A DNA stretch of 64,000 bases from Octopus sinensis (GCF_006345805.1 NC_043004.1:98580001-98644000); one strand, 5' to 3'; numbered from the stretch's first letter, positions 38,013 to 52,535 are shown. The notes: generated from the sequence alone by a model not told the origin. Program-made: numbers and translations.

Positions 38013-41000
38013 CCTTCTGTCATCAATAATTTATGTGTGTGTGAAAGAGAGAGAGAGAGAGAGAGTGTGTGTGTGTGTGTGTGTGTTTATTTGTGTTGTT
38101 TGACTTGACTGAATTGACTTCCAGGCAAATGAGCTCATAAAACACATCTCAGGTTAAGCAGAACCTTTCGTAACAAATTAAAAACAGTTGTTTCACCTGA
38201 CTTGGCCCATCTATCAGATAATTTTAAAGTTTAATGTTTCCACATCTTTATGAATTTACACAAATTCCTACTATAAAAGCTTATTCCTCTTGTTAATATA
38301 ATTCTAAATGTAATGAAAACCTAATATATTTCAATTAATTTGAAATAACTATAACTTTAGACCGATTTTATTAAACAACTAAAACTTTTATATTTATAAC
38401 CTAACAAAATTAGAGTTTTGTTCAAAACAAAAGTTCTTGCATAAATCTCTTGAGGAAATTTTGTCTCAAAATTCTTTTAATGACAGGCAAGCACAGGGAA
38501 AATCAAAAGTATGTGGTTATTCAAATTTTGTTTAAATTCACCATATAAAATGTGTTATTGGCCATGTTAGACGATGTTCTATTATGCAATGTATTATGTT
38601 ATATAGGTTACTAAAGTCAAGCATTCTTACTTAAGTTTCCCACTTACTGGTATTATCTTATAAAGTACTAGTGATATGCATAGTTACCTAAGATAGCATT
38701 AATAAATCTTAGCAACAACATTCTAAGAGGAGGTTTTACAGTTCATTTTACAGGGCCTTTTAGTACTTGAGCCAAGTAATCCAAAACATGACCTTGTGTC
38801 TATATGATGCAAGATGATTGTCTGGAACAAGAGATTTTGAAAATATTATGCCTTATAAGCTGTCAAATGCAGTATATGTTTCTTTCAGTGTACAGAGAGA
38901 TGGTAAAAGTGTTTATTACATAAAGCAGCGGGTGTATATGTGTGTGTGCATGTGTGTATACATACATAGATATATGTATGTATGTATGAATGTATGTGTG
39001 TATATATATATATATGCTGACAGAAATGACAAGACAACAAAAGCATGAAAGAGACCTCGATATTATGTAAATAGAGGAATTTATCTGTAAATATAATATG
39101 TGACAATTATTCTGTAGCCATGATAAAACTCCAAGTTTTGGATGTCAGCATGGAAACCTACACCAGCATCAATTCAGTTATCGGGCATAAGTGCGCATGT
39201 CCATACATGCACATGCACGCCAGCACACCCAAGTGCATGTGCCTATATGTATATATTCATCCACTCTCATTTGAAACACACACATGCTCGCCCACACATT
39301 CACCAAAAAAAATATATATACCTGCATACATGCTCACACACACACACACAAAAAGGGTTCATACACACGTAAATATATGCGCATGCACAACAAAAACAGG
39401 GTTAAAGGCAAAATACAGTAAAATGTATATTTCACCTATAGCCCTATTTTTTCTTGTGCATGTGCATATATATAGACATGTGTATGAACCTTGGCTCTCT
39501 TGAGGTTGTAGTTATTATCTGTTACCTAAGTATCCAGTAGCCACCCCACAACTCTATATAAAGCCTGGGTTTTTGCCACTTACTTACACTCTTTATTCAC
39601 TCTTCCTTCGCAATGTACTGTCACTTATATTATGGCATTTGAACCTCAAGAGTAAGCCCTGGCACTTTCCACCATCAATATCTCTCTCTTCCTTTACTCA
39701 ACCATCTCATTTATATTCTGATTCCCATTCCTTGTGAGTATGCCCAACATTTTGCCACCATCTCTATCCTGCTGTCTCCCATTCTCTCTCTCTTTCTCTT
39801 GCATTTCCCTCAAGTTGGGCAACCATGTATGTCCATTGTGGTAGCGGACCTGTTTCTGTTTTCATTCCTGATCTCTCTTTCTCTCTCTCTCTCGCTCTCT
39901 CTTTCTGGCCAGGTAACCTTGTTATTCCTCTACAGCAAGACACCTGTTTCTGTCTCTTTGTCTCATGATAGTCTTTCATCATCCAACACAAGATTACCTC
40001 CTCCAATGCTCCCTCCACCTTGAAAGTTTTTTTTTTATCTTGCAAGTACTTGGTAACCCTGTCAGTGCAGGTGCCACTTAGGAGCACCCAGTGCACACTG
40101 TAAAGTGATTGGTGTTCAGAAGGGGAACCAGCCATAAAACCTTGCCAAAACTGGCCTCACCTGTGCTTGTGCCACGTAAAATGCAGGTGCCAGTTAGAAG
40201 CACTCAGCCCATTCTGCTGAGTGATTGGTGTTAGGAAGGGCATCCAGCTGTAAAATCCTGCCAAAACAGTCACCGAAGTCTGGTGCAGGCTGTGCCTGAC
40301 TGGCTCTTGTGAAATCATCACACCCATGCTAAAATGGAAGGTGGATGTTCAACGACAATGATAATGATGTGTTTGTGTGGCCTTGCAGTTAGAATGCTGC
40401 ACTCATAATCTTGCTATCATGGTTTCAGTTCCCAAATCAAGCAGTGTGTTGTGTTCTTGAGCAATACACCTTATTTCACTTAGCTCCAGTTCATTCAGTA
40501 TTCCCGCAACAGGGGAGTGTTGTCTTGACCACCCCACCTAGCCAACAGGTGGTATCATTTAAAAGCTGAGAATATCATTTGTGCAAACAGAAAATTCAAA
40601 TTATACCCCTATTTTTTCAAAATAAAAGAATAAAATGATTGACTACTAAAGGCAAAAGGAGAATACTTTATGAGAATTCTAATTGCAAGACTAAACATAA
40701 AATAGTCAACACTGCTATGAAAATCAATTACATCTATACATATTGTCTTATAACATGTGTGCTTGAAAAACCTGAAGACAGTGATAAGCACTTAACACAA
40801 AACAAAACCTTTTTCCATAAGGTTTGCATCAATAAGCTTCTTTTAAGATTATTTTTTTTTATAATCTATCCTTTTTATCTTTTAATTCAGTCATTTTTTG
40901 TCTTTTGATTCAATCATTAGACTGTGACCATGTTGGGCTCTGCTTTCTAGAATTTTTAGTTGAATGAATCAACCCCAGTACTTATTTGTTTGTTTAGCCT

Positions 41001-41406
41001 GGTACTTATTCTATTGCTCCCTTTTACCGAACCACTAAGTTACAGGGATGTAAACTCATCACCACTGGTTGACAAGCCGTTATGGGGGACAAACAGACAC
41101 AAAGACTCACATACACAAACACACACACACATACACACACACACACACACATATATATACCAGACAATATGTATACAAGGGGTCTTTGTTATAAGACAAT
41201 ATGTATACAAGGGGTCCTATCAGTTTCCATTTATGAAATTCTCTCACAAGGTTTTGGTTGGCCCGAGGCTAAAATAGAAGACACTTGCCCAAGGTGCAAT
41301 GCAGTGGGACTGAACCCAAGAAGCATGGAGTTGAGAAGCAAATTTCTTAGCGTCCAGCCACATCTGCACATATGTGTGTGCATGTATATCTATATCTCTT
41401 TCTCTC

Positions 41407-41629
41407 TTACTCGTTTACTTGTTTCAGTCATTTGACTGCGGCCATGCTGGAGCAATGCCTTTAATCGAGCAACTCGACTCCGGGACTTATTCTTTTGTAA
41501 GCCCAGTACTTATTCTATCGGTCTCTTTTGCTGAACCGCTAAGTAACAGGGACATAAACACACCAGCATCGGTTGTCAAGCAATGCTAGGGGGACAAACA
41601 CAGACACACAAACACACACTCGCATATAT

Positions 41630-41705
<76 letters not shown>

Positions 41706-41863
41706 TACGACAGGCTTCTTTCAGTTTCCGTCTACCAAATCCACTCACAAGGCTTTGGTCGGCCTGAGGCTATAGTAGAAGACACTTGCCCAAGATGCCA
41801 CGCAGTGGGACTGAACCCGGAACCATGTGGTTGGTAAACAAGCTACTTACCACACAGCCACTC
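41407..41863 (-). mobile_element. SINE family 1, full length (older copy at ~40900-41370)
   Basis: Matches family consensus. Confidence 0.88.
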
Positions 41864-42769
41864 TTATATATATGTATATAAATGTTTATGTAAGTATATG
41901 TGTGTGTGTGTTTGTGTGTGTGTTTGTATATCAATATCATCATCATCATCATCACCATCTGCAGATATATTCTGTCAGGCTCTTTCATTCTCTCTGATTC
42001 ATATACATATGCAACATATTACAGGGAATACATTCATACATACATAGATACATAGGGCACAAGAGCATTCATACACGGAGACCAATTGACCAATAACAGA
42101 AATTGAGGCCTTATCCTTCATGAAAGTATTTGACTCAAGCACCACCATATAATTCTTCTTTACGCAAACTTCCAGCTTTCTTCATATTCAAAATACAAAA
42201 CCAGATTTTCCGGACAATTCTAAAAGCAGATTTGTCAAGCCCTTCACGTATCTGTCTTCAGTATTTCCATTTTCCATATTTTAACAACCGCGCAGTTACT
42301 AACTTTGCTTGCAGCCCTCATCAAACACTAGTTTCCTTAATATCCCTTTCTTTTCCATCAATCTATGTTGGGTCTTTTATTATTTTTTTTTTTCAAGCAA
42401 TGTCAAAGATTATTCAGCTCCTTCTTACATTAAACAACATTTTGGTCATTGAGTGCATGTGTGTGTGAGTGTGCATATATGCATGCATGTGTGTGTATTT
42501 ATACCTAAAGCAAAACACACATATATATACAGTATAGTTGAAGGATGTCCACCTGTGTCCAAGGAAGGCCATCACTGTCTATTATAATAATTGTGCTTTC
42601 AACGTGGCTATTTAAGCCCACTGGGCTCCTGTAAGTCTTTTGATAAACCTTCCAAAGCCATGTACATATATCAACACATGTGCACAAAAGCATGTATATA
42701 TACTTACACAGGCAAAAATACTCAAGATTCGTTCAGACAAGCTTTCTCATCTATCTATCTACCTACCTA

Positions 42770-42840
42770 CCTACCAACCTACCGACCTACCTACCTATCT
42801 ATCTATAAAACAATCCATATATAAAACAATCCATATATCC

Positions 42841-42906
<66 letters not shown>

Positions 42907-43165
42907 TTATCTTTCCATCTATGTATTCTATCTATTTATCTCTATCTATCTTAAAGGCGGTGCTCCAGCATGGCCGCAGTCAAATGACTGAAACAAGTAA
43001 AAGAGTAAAAGAGTAAAGAGTATCTATCTATCTGTCTATCTATCCATCTATCTATCCATCCATCCATCCATCCATCTATCTATATATCTATCTATCTATC
43101 TTTCTATCTATCTATCTATCTATCTTTCTATCTATATATCTATCTATCTATCTATCTATCTATTC
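42770..43165. repeat. (CTAT)n/(CCAT)n tract interrupted by a SINE family 1 3' tail at ~42955-43020
   Basis: Direct reading. Confidence 0.9.
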
Positions 43166-43597
43166 CCAAACTCAACCCTATAATTCCTTTTCTCTGTTTT
43201 CAGAAATTTCAGTCTTACATTGCATTAACTATGTTTAGACATTTTTTCCCCCATTTCTTTCATCCTCCCCCTCCTAACCTACCACATCCACCGACATTTC
43301 TCTCACTTTCTTTTCACAACACATCCTTACGTTTTCCATATCTATGGACCCAAGTGGGCAGAAATGGTCCCCTTTTAAAAACTCTTATCTCTAATCTGTT
43401 CTCTCAAGTCTTCTTTACTCCACTTTCTTCTAAATACACATTAACTTTTATGTTTGCGAGCTTGTATATCTTGTACATGAATATATGCATGTATATACAT
43501 ATATACATACATATACACATGCACACACACACATCACATATATACATACATGTGTGTGTGCGTATATTCATGTGTGTACATAAGTTTCTGTCTTTTT

Positions 43598-43633
<36 letters not shown>

Positions 43634-43638
43634 TATAC

Positions 43639-43688
<50 letters not shown>

Positions 43689-44934
43689 TATATATATATG
43701 TATATGTCTATATGTATATATATATATATATATATATGTGTATATATATAATATATATATATATAAACGATGATGATGATGATGATGATGATATATATAT
43801 AAGCATATTTACTTAAAAATATACCTTTATATTTCTTGCTCTCACTCTCTCTTTCTCTCTCTCCACTCTGCTATCTTTCACTCATTCTCTTTGCAGTGGT
43901 GATTTTAATTTCTGTTTGACTGGATTCCTTGATATACTTAATGTTTGGTGACATCTAATGCCAACTGTCCACCTTCTGCGGCCATTCCAGTAGTTTTCTT
44001 TGTAGCAGATTTAAAAGGTGACTTCTATTTAAAGAAGAATGGACGGTCATGTATGATAAATTTAACATTTATGAAAACTCTCTGCTTGCCACCGTTGAAA
44101 GTCGTTCATTTTCCCCAAAATCTCTAATGTCATTTGACATCAAAGAAAGGCCAGATCTATTATAACTCTGATAAAACGATCCATGGAATAAAAATGTTCT
44201 TTGCTAAGAAAGGACATGCTAATTACTGTCATTGGTAAGCAGAAGACGGAAGGTTGAGCTAAGATGATACAGTGAGCTAAAACTGCTGTCATAGTTTCTA
44301 TTCTCTGTGAAAGTCATTTCGCTTCAACATATATTGATAAAACTTACCTGCTGCCCTGTGAATGAATAATTAACAGAATAAATTACAATAAATTTTTTGT
44401 AGTAAAGTATTAAGCTCTTTTCAGATGCAATAAAGATATTTATTACTTTCTGTATCATGGGCTGAGCATTTAACAGAATCATTTGATCATTGGATGAACT
44501 GTCAACAGGGATCTTAGTCCATACAGTATCACGGTATGATACAATATAGTTAACCTATTTAGCAAACTGAGTGAAATACTTAGCGGTATTTCATCTGTCT
44601 TTACATTCTGAGTTCAAATTCCACCAAGGTTGACTTTGCTTTCATCCTTTCAGGATCAATAAATTAAGTACCAGTTGTGTACTGGGATCAACCTATTCGA
44701 CTGGTTCCTTCCCCTAAAATTTCGGGCCTTGTGCCTGGAGTAGAAAAGAAAATAGTCAACGTATATAGGTAATTTAGCTATTTCTTCATAGATTGAAAAA
44801 GTGATGAGCACTTTTATAGTCAAACCATTTGTACAGGTTGTTTGACAAAAGCTGAACTCTCATAAGGTTGTATTCGATGGGAGAATCCAGCATCATATAT
44901 ATGTGTGTGTGTGTGTATGTGTGAGTGTGTGGGA

Positions 44935-45420
44935 TCAACGTTTAACGTCCCTTTTCCATGCTGGCATGAGTTGAATGGTTTTGTCTGAGAACTGGCAAGC
45001 CAGTAGGCTGCGCCAGGATCCAGTCTGATCTGGCAAGGTTTCTACAGCTGGATGCCCGTCCTAATGTCAACCACTCTGAGAGTGTAGTGGGTGCTTTTAA
45101 TGTGCCACCAGCTCAGGAACCAGTCATGCTGTACTGGCATCGACCATGTTCAGATGGTGCTTTTTACATGCCACTGGCATGGGATCCAGTCAAAGTGGCA
45201 CTGGCTTTGAGCACATTTGGAAGGTGCCTTTTACGTGCCACCGGTACAGGAGCCTGTCAGCGGTGTACTGGCATTGACCACATTTGGATGGTGCTTTTTA
45301 CATATCGCCGGCATGGGCAGCCACCCAGGCAGCACTAGCATTGACCTACACTTGAATGGTGCTTATTACGTGCCACTAGCACAGGTGCCAGTCAGACAGT
45401 ACTGGCATTAGCCATGACTA
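44935..45420 (-). mobile_element. Family 4 element with multiple hairpin units
   Basis: Similarity to 23349-23810. Confidence 0.8.
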
Positions 45421-45794
45421 TATATATATATATATATATATATATCATATTCATATATATATCATATTCATCATCTTTATGCTTTGAGATCAAATTCTAC
45501 AGAAATTAATATTTGCCCTTCATCCTGGCCGTTTAGGAGAAATATATCACCAGTCTTGTGTTGCAGTTGATTTCATCAATCAACCTCTGTTCTCCAATCA
45601 GTTGGCCTTGTGCATATATTATAGCAGATTGTTATTATCTTAATTTCCCTTGATTTGAGAAAAGAATATCAAAAGTTTTGACTCTTGAATAAAGAATGAT
45701 TTATACCTTGCAAAAACAAGCTTGAACATGTTGAACGGTAATTAAAATACTTTGTGATTAAGATAAGATTTTGCAGTCATTTTCATATGCTTCT

Positions 45795-46036
45795 CATTCA
45801 ATTTGATAACTGGATCATTCAAAGTTGAAAAAAAAAGTAGCACCATGAAGTTAGTCATTCAAATTCGTTTTTTGATCATTCAATTTCATACGTCAGTCAA
45901 AGTATTTAGCATTTACATCATTCAAATTAAAATGCTTGTCAAGAGCATTCAAATTAATCAGAATGCGAGGAAGTGTCTTTTCAAGCATTCAAATTAGTTT
46001 CAGAGCAATCTATTTAACACTTCAAGCAATCAAATT
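45795..46036. repeat. Array of CATTCAAATT-like motifs
   Basis: Copies start at 45795, 45816, 45856, 45877, 45919, 45946, 45986, 46006, 46027. Confidence 0.8.
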
Positions 46037-46399
46037 AGTATGATAGCTGTTTTTGGTTTTATCTCATGTTCATTGTTATCATAATCATGGGTTTTCATCC
46101 ATTGTTTATGCTTTAAGCACTCTATCGCACCCATGTCTTTTGTATGTATTTTTTTTATTTTTGCACAGGTACATATATTTATTGTTAAAGACTTCAGGAA
46201 ATTGCATTCCGGCCTATTCAATTTTTTAAAAGAAACGCACAATTACAATTGCTCATTTTCTTTATTTTGAATCCATTATGTTGTGATATGTGTTCTTCCT
46301 TTTGCATAACATGTCTTGTAGGAAAAAGTATATATTTCTTTGATTTTTGTATTTTTTCTTTCAGTAGGGAAAGAGTGCTATGCACACTAAGATAATTAC

Positions 46400-47110
46400 T
46401 GATTTACGGTCTTGATAAGGAGAGTTGATTTGAGAGGATTTAGCTGTCCATTTCCTAGTGGTTGAGACATTTTGGGAGGTAGGTCTAGGCATGTCTATAC
46501 AAAAGAACACAATTTTCTGAAGTAATAGCATTGATGTTATGCCTTGCAAACTGTTGTAAGACATGTGTTCACCATTCTTCCATTGTCATGCTGGTTTCTG
46601 CAGCTACCCAGTCAGTAGACTGTTGCTGCAACTCAGTTCAAGTCAGGTCCCACTTGGCAGCAATCTTAAAAGCAGAATGTGTCATTTCTTTACAAATAAG
46701 AAATAGCAAATAGGGAGGCAGGAGTTTCAGACTGATCCATGGGTCAGTGTCACCTGAGAGCTCAGCACGAACGTAAGGCTGCATGCTGTCGTAGATCAAG
46801 TAGATGGATTCATCCATTGGAAGCTTGTCAGCACATGCTCTAACCGCTTCCACCAAGAACTCCTTGAAAAAGTTTCGTGTAATGGTATCGTTTGCAATGG
46901 AGTGGTGAACCAGGCTGATTTCTCCTGACACCACAGAAGTAACATTGCAGTTTCACCCATGCTGATGGTTGACAACTCAGTGAACAGGAACACCTCGAGG
47001 TGCTCGTCCAAAAGACCATCTGGTTCAAATATTGTTCCCACATTCATCAATGAATACACAATAGCCAATGACTGCCTCTTCTATGAACCAATGTGTATAC
47101 TCAAGGTCTG
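46400..47110 (-). pseudogene. IS630/Tc1/mariner-superfamily (DDE_3-like) transposase remnant
   Basis: ORF fragments SLVHHSIANDTITRNFFKEFL...IYLIYDS..PYVRA...LKLLPPY resemble the D..DN..H / LPPYSP.LNPIE layout. Confidence 0.7.
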
Positions 47111-47193
47111 ACATGGAGCAAAAAAGAATTGGAGTAAAGGTATGGCATTCTATTGTAAAAATTACCCAGCAACAACAGGATACTCAGCTACAA

Positions 47194-47238
<45 letters not shown>

Positions 47239-47345
47239 TTATATAAATCTAACATTATAATATCCGTAAGTTGATAAACAAACTGAATTTGTTTCTCCAT
47301 TTTCTTATCTGTATTATACATATATATTTGTATTATATATATATA

Positions 47346-50300
47346 CTAGCAGTATCGCCCGGCGTTGCTCGGGTTTGTAAGGGAAATAACTATATAAGCA
47401 TTTTTAGAGAGTCATAGCCAAAAAATAGCAAAAAAATGCATTAAAATTGAAAAAAAATTAAGGTAAATTCTTTTTAAAATCGTTGACACATCGTAGATAT
47501 TTTTAGAGAGTTACTTCCCTTATATAATAGCGAAAAAAATGCATTAAAATGGAAAAAGTATGATGGTAAATTTTTTTAAAATCGTAGACTCATCGTAGAC
47601 GCGCGCTAATACCCAGAAGGGCTCGATATGAATCACGACTATAAGATACCCGGTTTTGGTTACACTGCACCGCAAAATGTGGGAGTAGTTAGGAATCTAA
47701 ATCGTAGGAGACAGACACACAACTTCACTTTTATATATAAAGATATAAGCCACGTAGTTATATACACATACTTTGTTATATACACATTCTTAAAAGAAAA
47801 TGTTATTTTGAACACAACATTTACAAAGAATAAAATATTTTTTGGTTTTTCTTAACCCTTTCGTTACTATATTTCTGACCAAATTACACCCCTTACGTGT
47901 TTCAATTAATTTCTAACGTAATCATAAATTTAGTCTGGTTTCATTAAACAACTATAACTTTTTATTTATCAATATATTAACATGAATTTTGGAAGATAAT
48001 TTAATGAAATGTTCTCAACCAATTCTATACTATAATTTTTGTCACAAAGTGACTCTAATTGCAGGTAGATACAGGTAAATTCAACAATATATAAAATTAT
48101 TAAAATTTTGTTCAAACATCGCTGTAGAAAATGGGTTATTAGCTAATATTCAATTGGGTATACAACAAAATTTTACGATAGAATTTGTTATTCTGGGTAA
48201 CTTTCTGATACCCATAATAATATTTATGACAAAATAGGCCTTAATTTCATTTAAGGTTGTGGGAAACCACAAACTATCGTTTCTTTCGCTTTGTTTACGT
48301 TTAGCGTAACGGTTCGTTTTCGCCGTAATGATTTCAAATGGGCTCATTCGAAAAAGTAAATAGAAATAGCCTAAGGCTTTACTCTCCTGGGAAAGTCTGT
48401 GGCTTGGTCCAGTTTCTTCAGAAAAATCACCGAAAGAAACAGTTTTTAAATTTTCACTCCATTCAGGTGTCAATTCATTTTCTTTATCTCGGATTCACTG
48501 TTTTCACTTTCGGAAAATGAAACATCAGATTCATTATCAAATACCACATGCGTTTTTTTTTCAGTCATAGAGTTAGATTTATGAAGGTCTTCAGTAGAAA
48601 ATCCTTCGAATTCTGACTCGCTGCTTGATATAATGAAATTCGTATCCATTTTTTGTCAGACTTACAAATTTTGAAAACACAATAGGAACAAATTTCGGAA
48701 AAAAATCTCCCATAATTCACGGAATTAAAATTACACTTCGATTTTTGTACAAAACTGTAATTGAACTGTTTACAAAGTATAATACGTGTTTTCACGAATG
48801 TACTAAAGAGATTTACTCTGATATTCTCATTTAAATATGAATAGGTAAATTCGGGCGGCTTGGTCACATTAACCAAAATTTTTTTCGGGCGGTTTGGTAA
48901 CGAAAGGGTTAAACGGATGCATACATTTATTAATAACTATATATAAGTGTCGTCTGTTTATACATAAACACTGTTTCATACTGCAATTATATATACATAT
49001 ATTTATATATAATATTATATAATAAAATATATACACAGTAAAATAAAAACCAATTTACCTTATCTGTATTGTTATAGCAATTCGACCGTCCGTGTGTCTT
49101 TGCAAAGGTGTTGTAATGATAAGTGAGTTGTGTTTTGGCGCCTTTTTTACTAATAACAAACACACACGTGTTTGTATGTAGTTGTATCGCATTCTATTGT
49201 CTACCTGTCAACACACACACAGTGAATTACTTTCACTTTCTTCGTTGCACAATGTGTGTGTGCGTGTGCGTGTGCTGTAAACCTCACTAAGAAAAGCATT
49301 TGACATACACACCAGAATGTGAGTTTTCTGTAAATTTTACTTAATTGGAGTTGAAATTTAAAAAACTGGACCTGGCATGACCCGATGCATTCTACTCTTA
49401 AAAATGCTAGGTAAATTGTAATTGAAGAAATCCTATATTGTAGATTTCTATAACTGACAAAGGGAGGCAGATAAAATCTGCCTTTTATAATAAGACTAGC
49501 AGTATCGCCCGGCGTTGCTCGGGTTTGTAAGGGAAATAACTATATAAGCATTTTTAGAGAGTCATAGCCAAAAATAGCAAAAAAATGCATTAAAAATTGA
49601 AAAAAAATTAAGATAGATTTTTTTTAAATCGTTGACACATCGTAGATATTTTTAGAGAGTTACTTCCCTTATATAAAAGCGAAAAAATGCATTAAAATGG
49701 AAAAATATGATGGTAAATTTTTTTTAAATCGTAGACTCATCGTAGACGCACGCTAATACCCAGAAGGGCTCGATATGAATAACGACTATAAGATACCCGC
49801 TTTTGGTTAAACTGCACCGCAAAATGTGGGAGTAGTTAGGAATCTAAATCGTAGGAGACAGACACACAACTTCACTCTTATATAAAGATGCTTTTTTTTT
49901 TCAGTCATAGAGTTATATTTATGAAGGTCTTCAGTAGAAAATCCTTCGAATTCTGACTCGCTGCTTGATATAATGAAATTCGTATCCATTTTTTGTCAGA
50001 ATTACAAATTTTGAAAACACAATAGAACAAATTTCGGAAAAAAATCTCCCATAATTCACGGAATTAAAATTACACTTCGATTTTTGTACAAAACTGTAGT
50101 TGAACTGTTTACGAAGTATAATACGTGTTTTCACGAATGTACTAAAGAGATTTGCTCTGATATTCTCATTTAAATATGAATAGGTAAATTCGGGCGGCTT
50201 GGTAACTATATATAAGTGTCGTCTGTTTATACATAAACACTGTTTCATACTGCAATTATATATACATATATCTATATATAATATTATATAATAAAATATA

Positions 50301-51054
50301 TACAGAGTAAAATAAAAACCAATTTACCTTTTCTGTCCGTCCGTGTGTCTTTGCAAATGTGTTGGAATGATAAGTGAGTTGAGTTTTGGCGCCTTTTTTA
50401 CTAATAACAAACACACACGTGTTTGTATGTAGTTGTATGTGTATGTAGTTGTATGTAGTTGTATATGTATGTGTATGCGTGTGTGTGAGGAATGACACAC
50501 ACACACTCACGCACGCACACATGTACATCAATGCTTTCGGAGTGATATGTTAAAATATTGAGTTTTCTCGAATTTTGTCTTAATTGGTGTTAAAATTGAA
50601 AGAAATTTTTTATGGCATCACCCACTGAAGTACTCTGAAAAATCTTAGGTAAATTCTAATTGAAGAAATTGTGTGAGGATTAAATGGTTATGTATTTATT
50701 TGTTTCTGTTTGCTGTGTTTTTTTATTTTTTGAGTAGTGGTTTAAATACTTTCAGTTTAGTCTTCCTCAAATCACTCTGTCGCTATTTACTTTCATTTTA
50801 TTCGTCGCACACTGTGTGTGTGCGTTTGCGTGTGGTGTAAACCAGACTAAGAAAAGCATTTGACACACACACCAGAATGTGAGTTTTCTGTAAATTTTGC
50901 TTAATTGGAGTTTAAATTTTAAAAACTGGACCTGGCATGACGCGATGCATTCTACTCTTAAAAATGCTAGGTAAATTGTAATTGAAGAAATCCTATATTG
51001 TAGATTTGTATAACTCCCAAAGGGAGGCAGATAAAATCTGCCTTTTATAATAAG

Positions 51055-51055
<1 letters not shown>
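47346..51055 (-). mobile_element. Head-to-tail pair of composite non-autonomous Helitrons (47346-49495, 49496-51055)
   Basis: Minus-strand 5' TC and 3' CTAG with CCCG..CGGG hairpin; inserted between host A47345 and T51056; junction TAAGA|CTAG. Confidence 0.9.
47856..48908 (-). mobile_element. piggyBac element, internally deleted, inside Helitron
   Basis: TTAA-CCCTTTCGTTAC ... GTAACGAAAGGG-TTAA; ORF fragment TNRYAK...W.PTTLNEIKAYF.INIIMGIRKLP. Confidence 0.9.
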
Positions 51056-51120
<65 letters not shown>

Positions 51121-51122
<2 letters not shown>

Positions 51123-51414
51123 ACGTGACCAACCAGACCATCAGATGTTGTTACACATCGCTGGTCACAATGCGTTCGCATTGTTTTAGCCTTTGAATGA
51201 CGCCTCCCTGCTGGCTAAGCGAGCAGGCCAACGGAAGAAAGAGTGGGAGAAAGGGTGATGAAAGAGTACAGCAGGGATCACCACCCCCTGCCGGAGCATC
51301 GTGGAGCTTTTAGGTGTTTTTGCTCAATAAGCACTCACAACGCCCGGTCTGGGAATCGAAACCGCGATCCTTCGATCGCGAGTCTGCTGCCCTAACCACT
51401 GGGCTATTGCGCCT

Positions 51415-51416
<2 letters not shown>
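51121..51416 (-). mobile_element. SINE family 3
   Basis: Matches 17149-17444. Confidence 0.88.
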
Positions 51417-51493
<77 letters not shown>

Positions 51494-51612
51494 ATATATA
51501 TTTATATATGTATGTATATATATATAATACAAATATATATATATATATATATACATTGCAGTAATGAGCTAAATATGGTATTGTCTGCTGACATTTACCA
51601 ATGAAAACTCAC

Positions 51613-51654
51613 CTTGCAGTTCTGCACTTTTAAAGATAAGTGAAATGAAAATTC
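51613..51654 (-). CDS. Candidate host exon, 42 nt (EFSFHLSLKVQNCK or IFISLIFKSAELQ)
   Basis: Acceptor ctttttcacttacag, donor AAG|gtgagt; frame-preserving length. Confidence 0.5.
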
Positions 51655-52309
51655 CTGTAAGTGAAAAAGTAAGACTTTGCAACGAGAAAGATATCCTGTC
51701 ACGGTAAAACAATACCTCAGTAATAAGCATCAAAACCTATTCTTGCATGGAAAATATGGATGTAAAGTAAACGGTCTACATAAATAGACAGACAGACACA
51801 CATACACACACACACACACATACATGCACGCACATATAATTTAAAACATATAACTTAAAGGTTTTATGAGCCTCTAGCAGAAGCCCCTCTCTTTCAGGCT
51901 TCTGTAAGAGGCCTGGGAAGTCGCATGAATCCAAATCAAACTGTTTTAAATTGCATAACAAATTCCTACTAATTGTGTTGAGCGCCTTTTACTTTCATTT
52001 CTCCACTCACTCATACACACTTGCACACACATATGTGTGTGTAGGTATATATATATAGATATCATCATCATCATCATCATCATAGTTCAAAGTCTGGACT
52101 GCTTTCCACACTTGCATGGGTTGGGTGGTTTGACATGGAGCTGGCTAGCAGCTGTCAGTTGTCCAATTGTTTGTTGTAGCATGTCTTCTATGGTTGGATG
52201 ACCTTCTTAATGCCAACTATCTGTCTCCCTGCCTCTCTGCCTGTCTATCTATCTAGCTATCTGTCTGTCTATCCCTCTAACTGTATATATATATATATAT
52301 ATATATATA

Positions 52310-52535
52310 CTTTATTTAAGCAGCAGAAAATTCAACAAAATCTGTTACTCTGAGTTTCTCGTTGCCGTTCATCAGACAGTTTTTGCTAGAAAAAACTGTC
52401 TAATGAACGGCAACGAGAAACTCAGAGTAACAGATTTTGTTGAATTTTCTGCTGCTTAAAATAAAGCATATTACTCTACCACTGGTATTTGAGTACTCTT
52501 TTTTCCACCTTGTTTCACATTTATGTGTTTACTCC

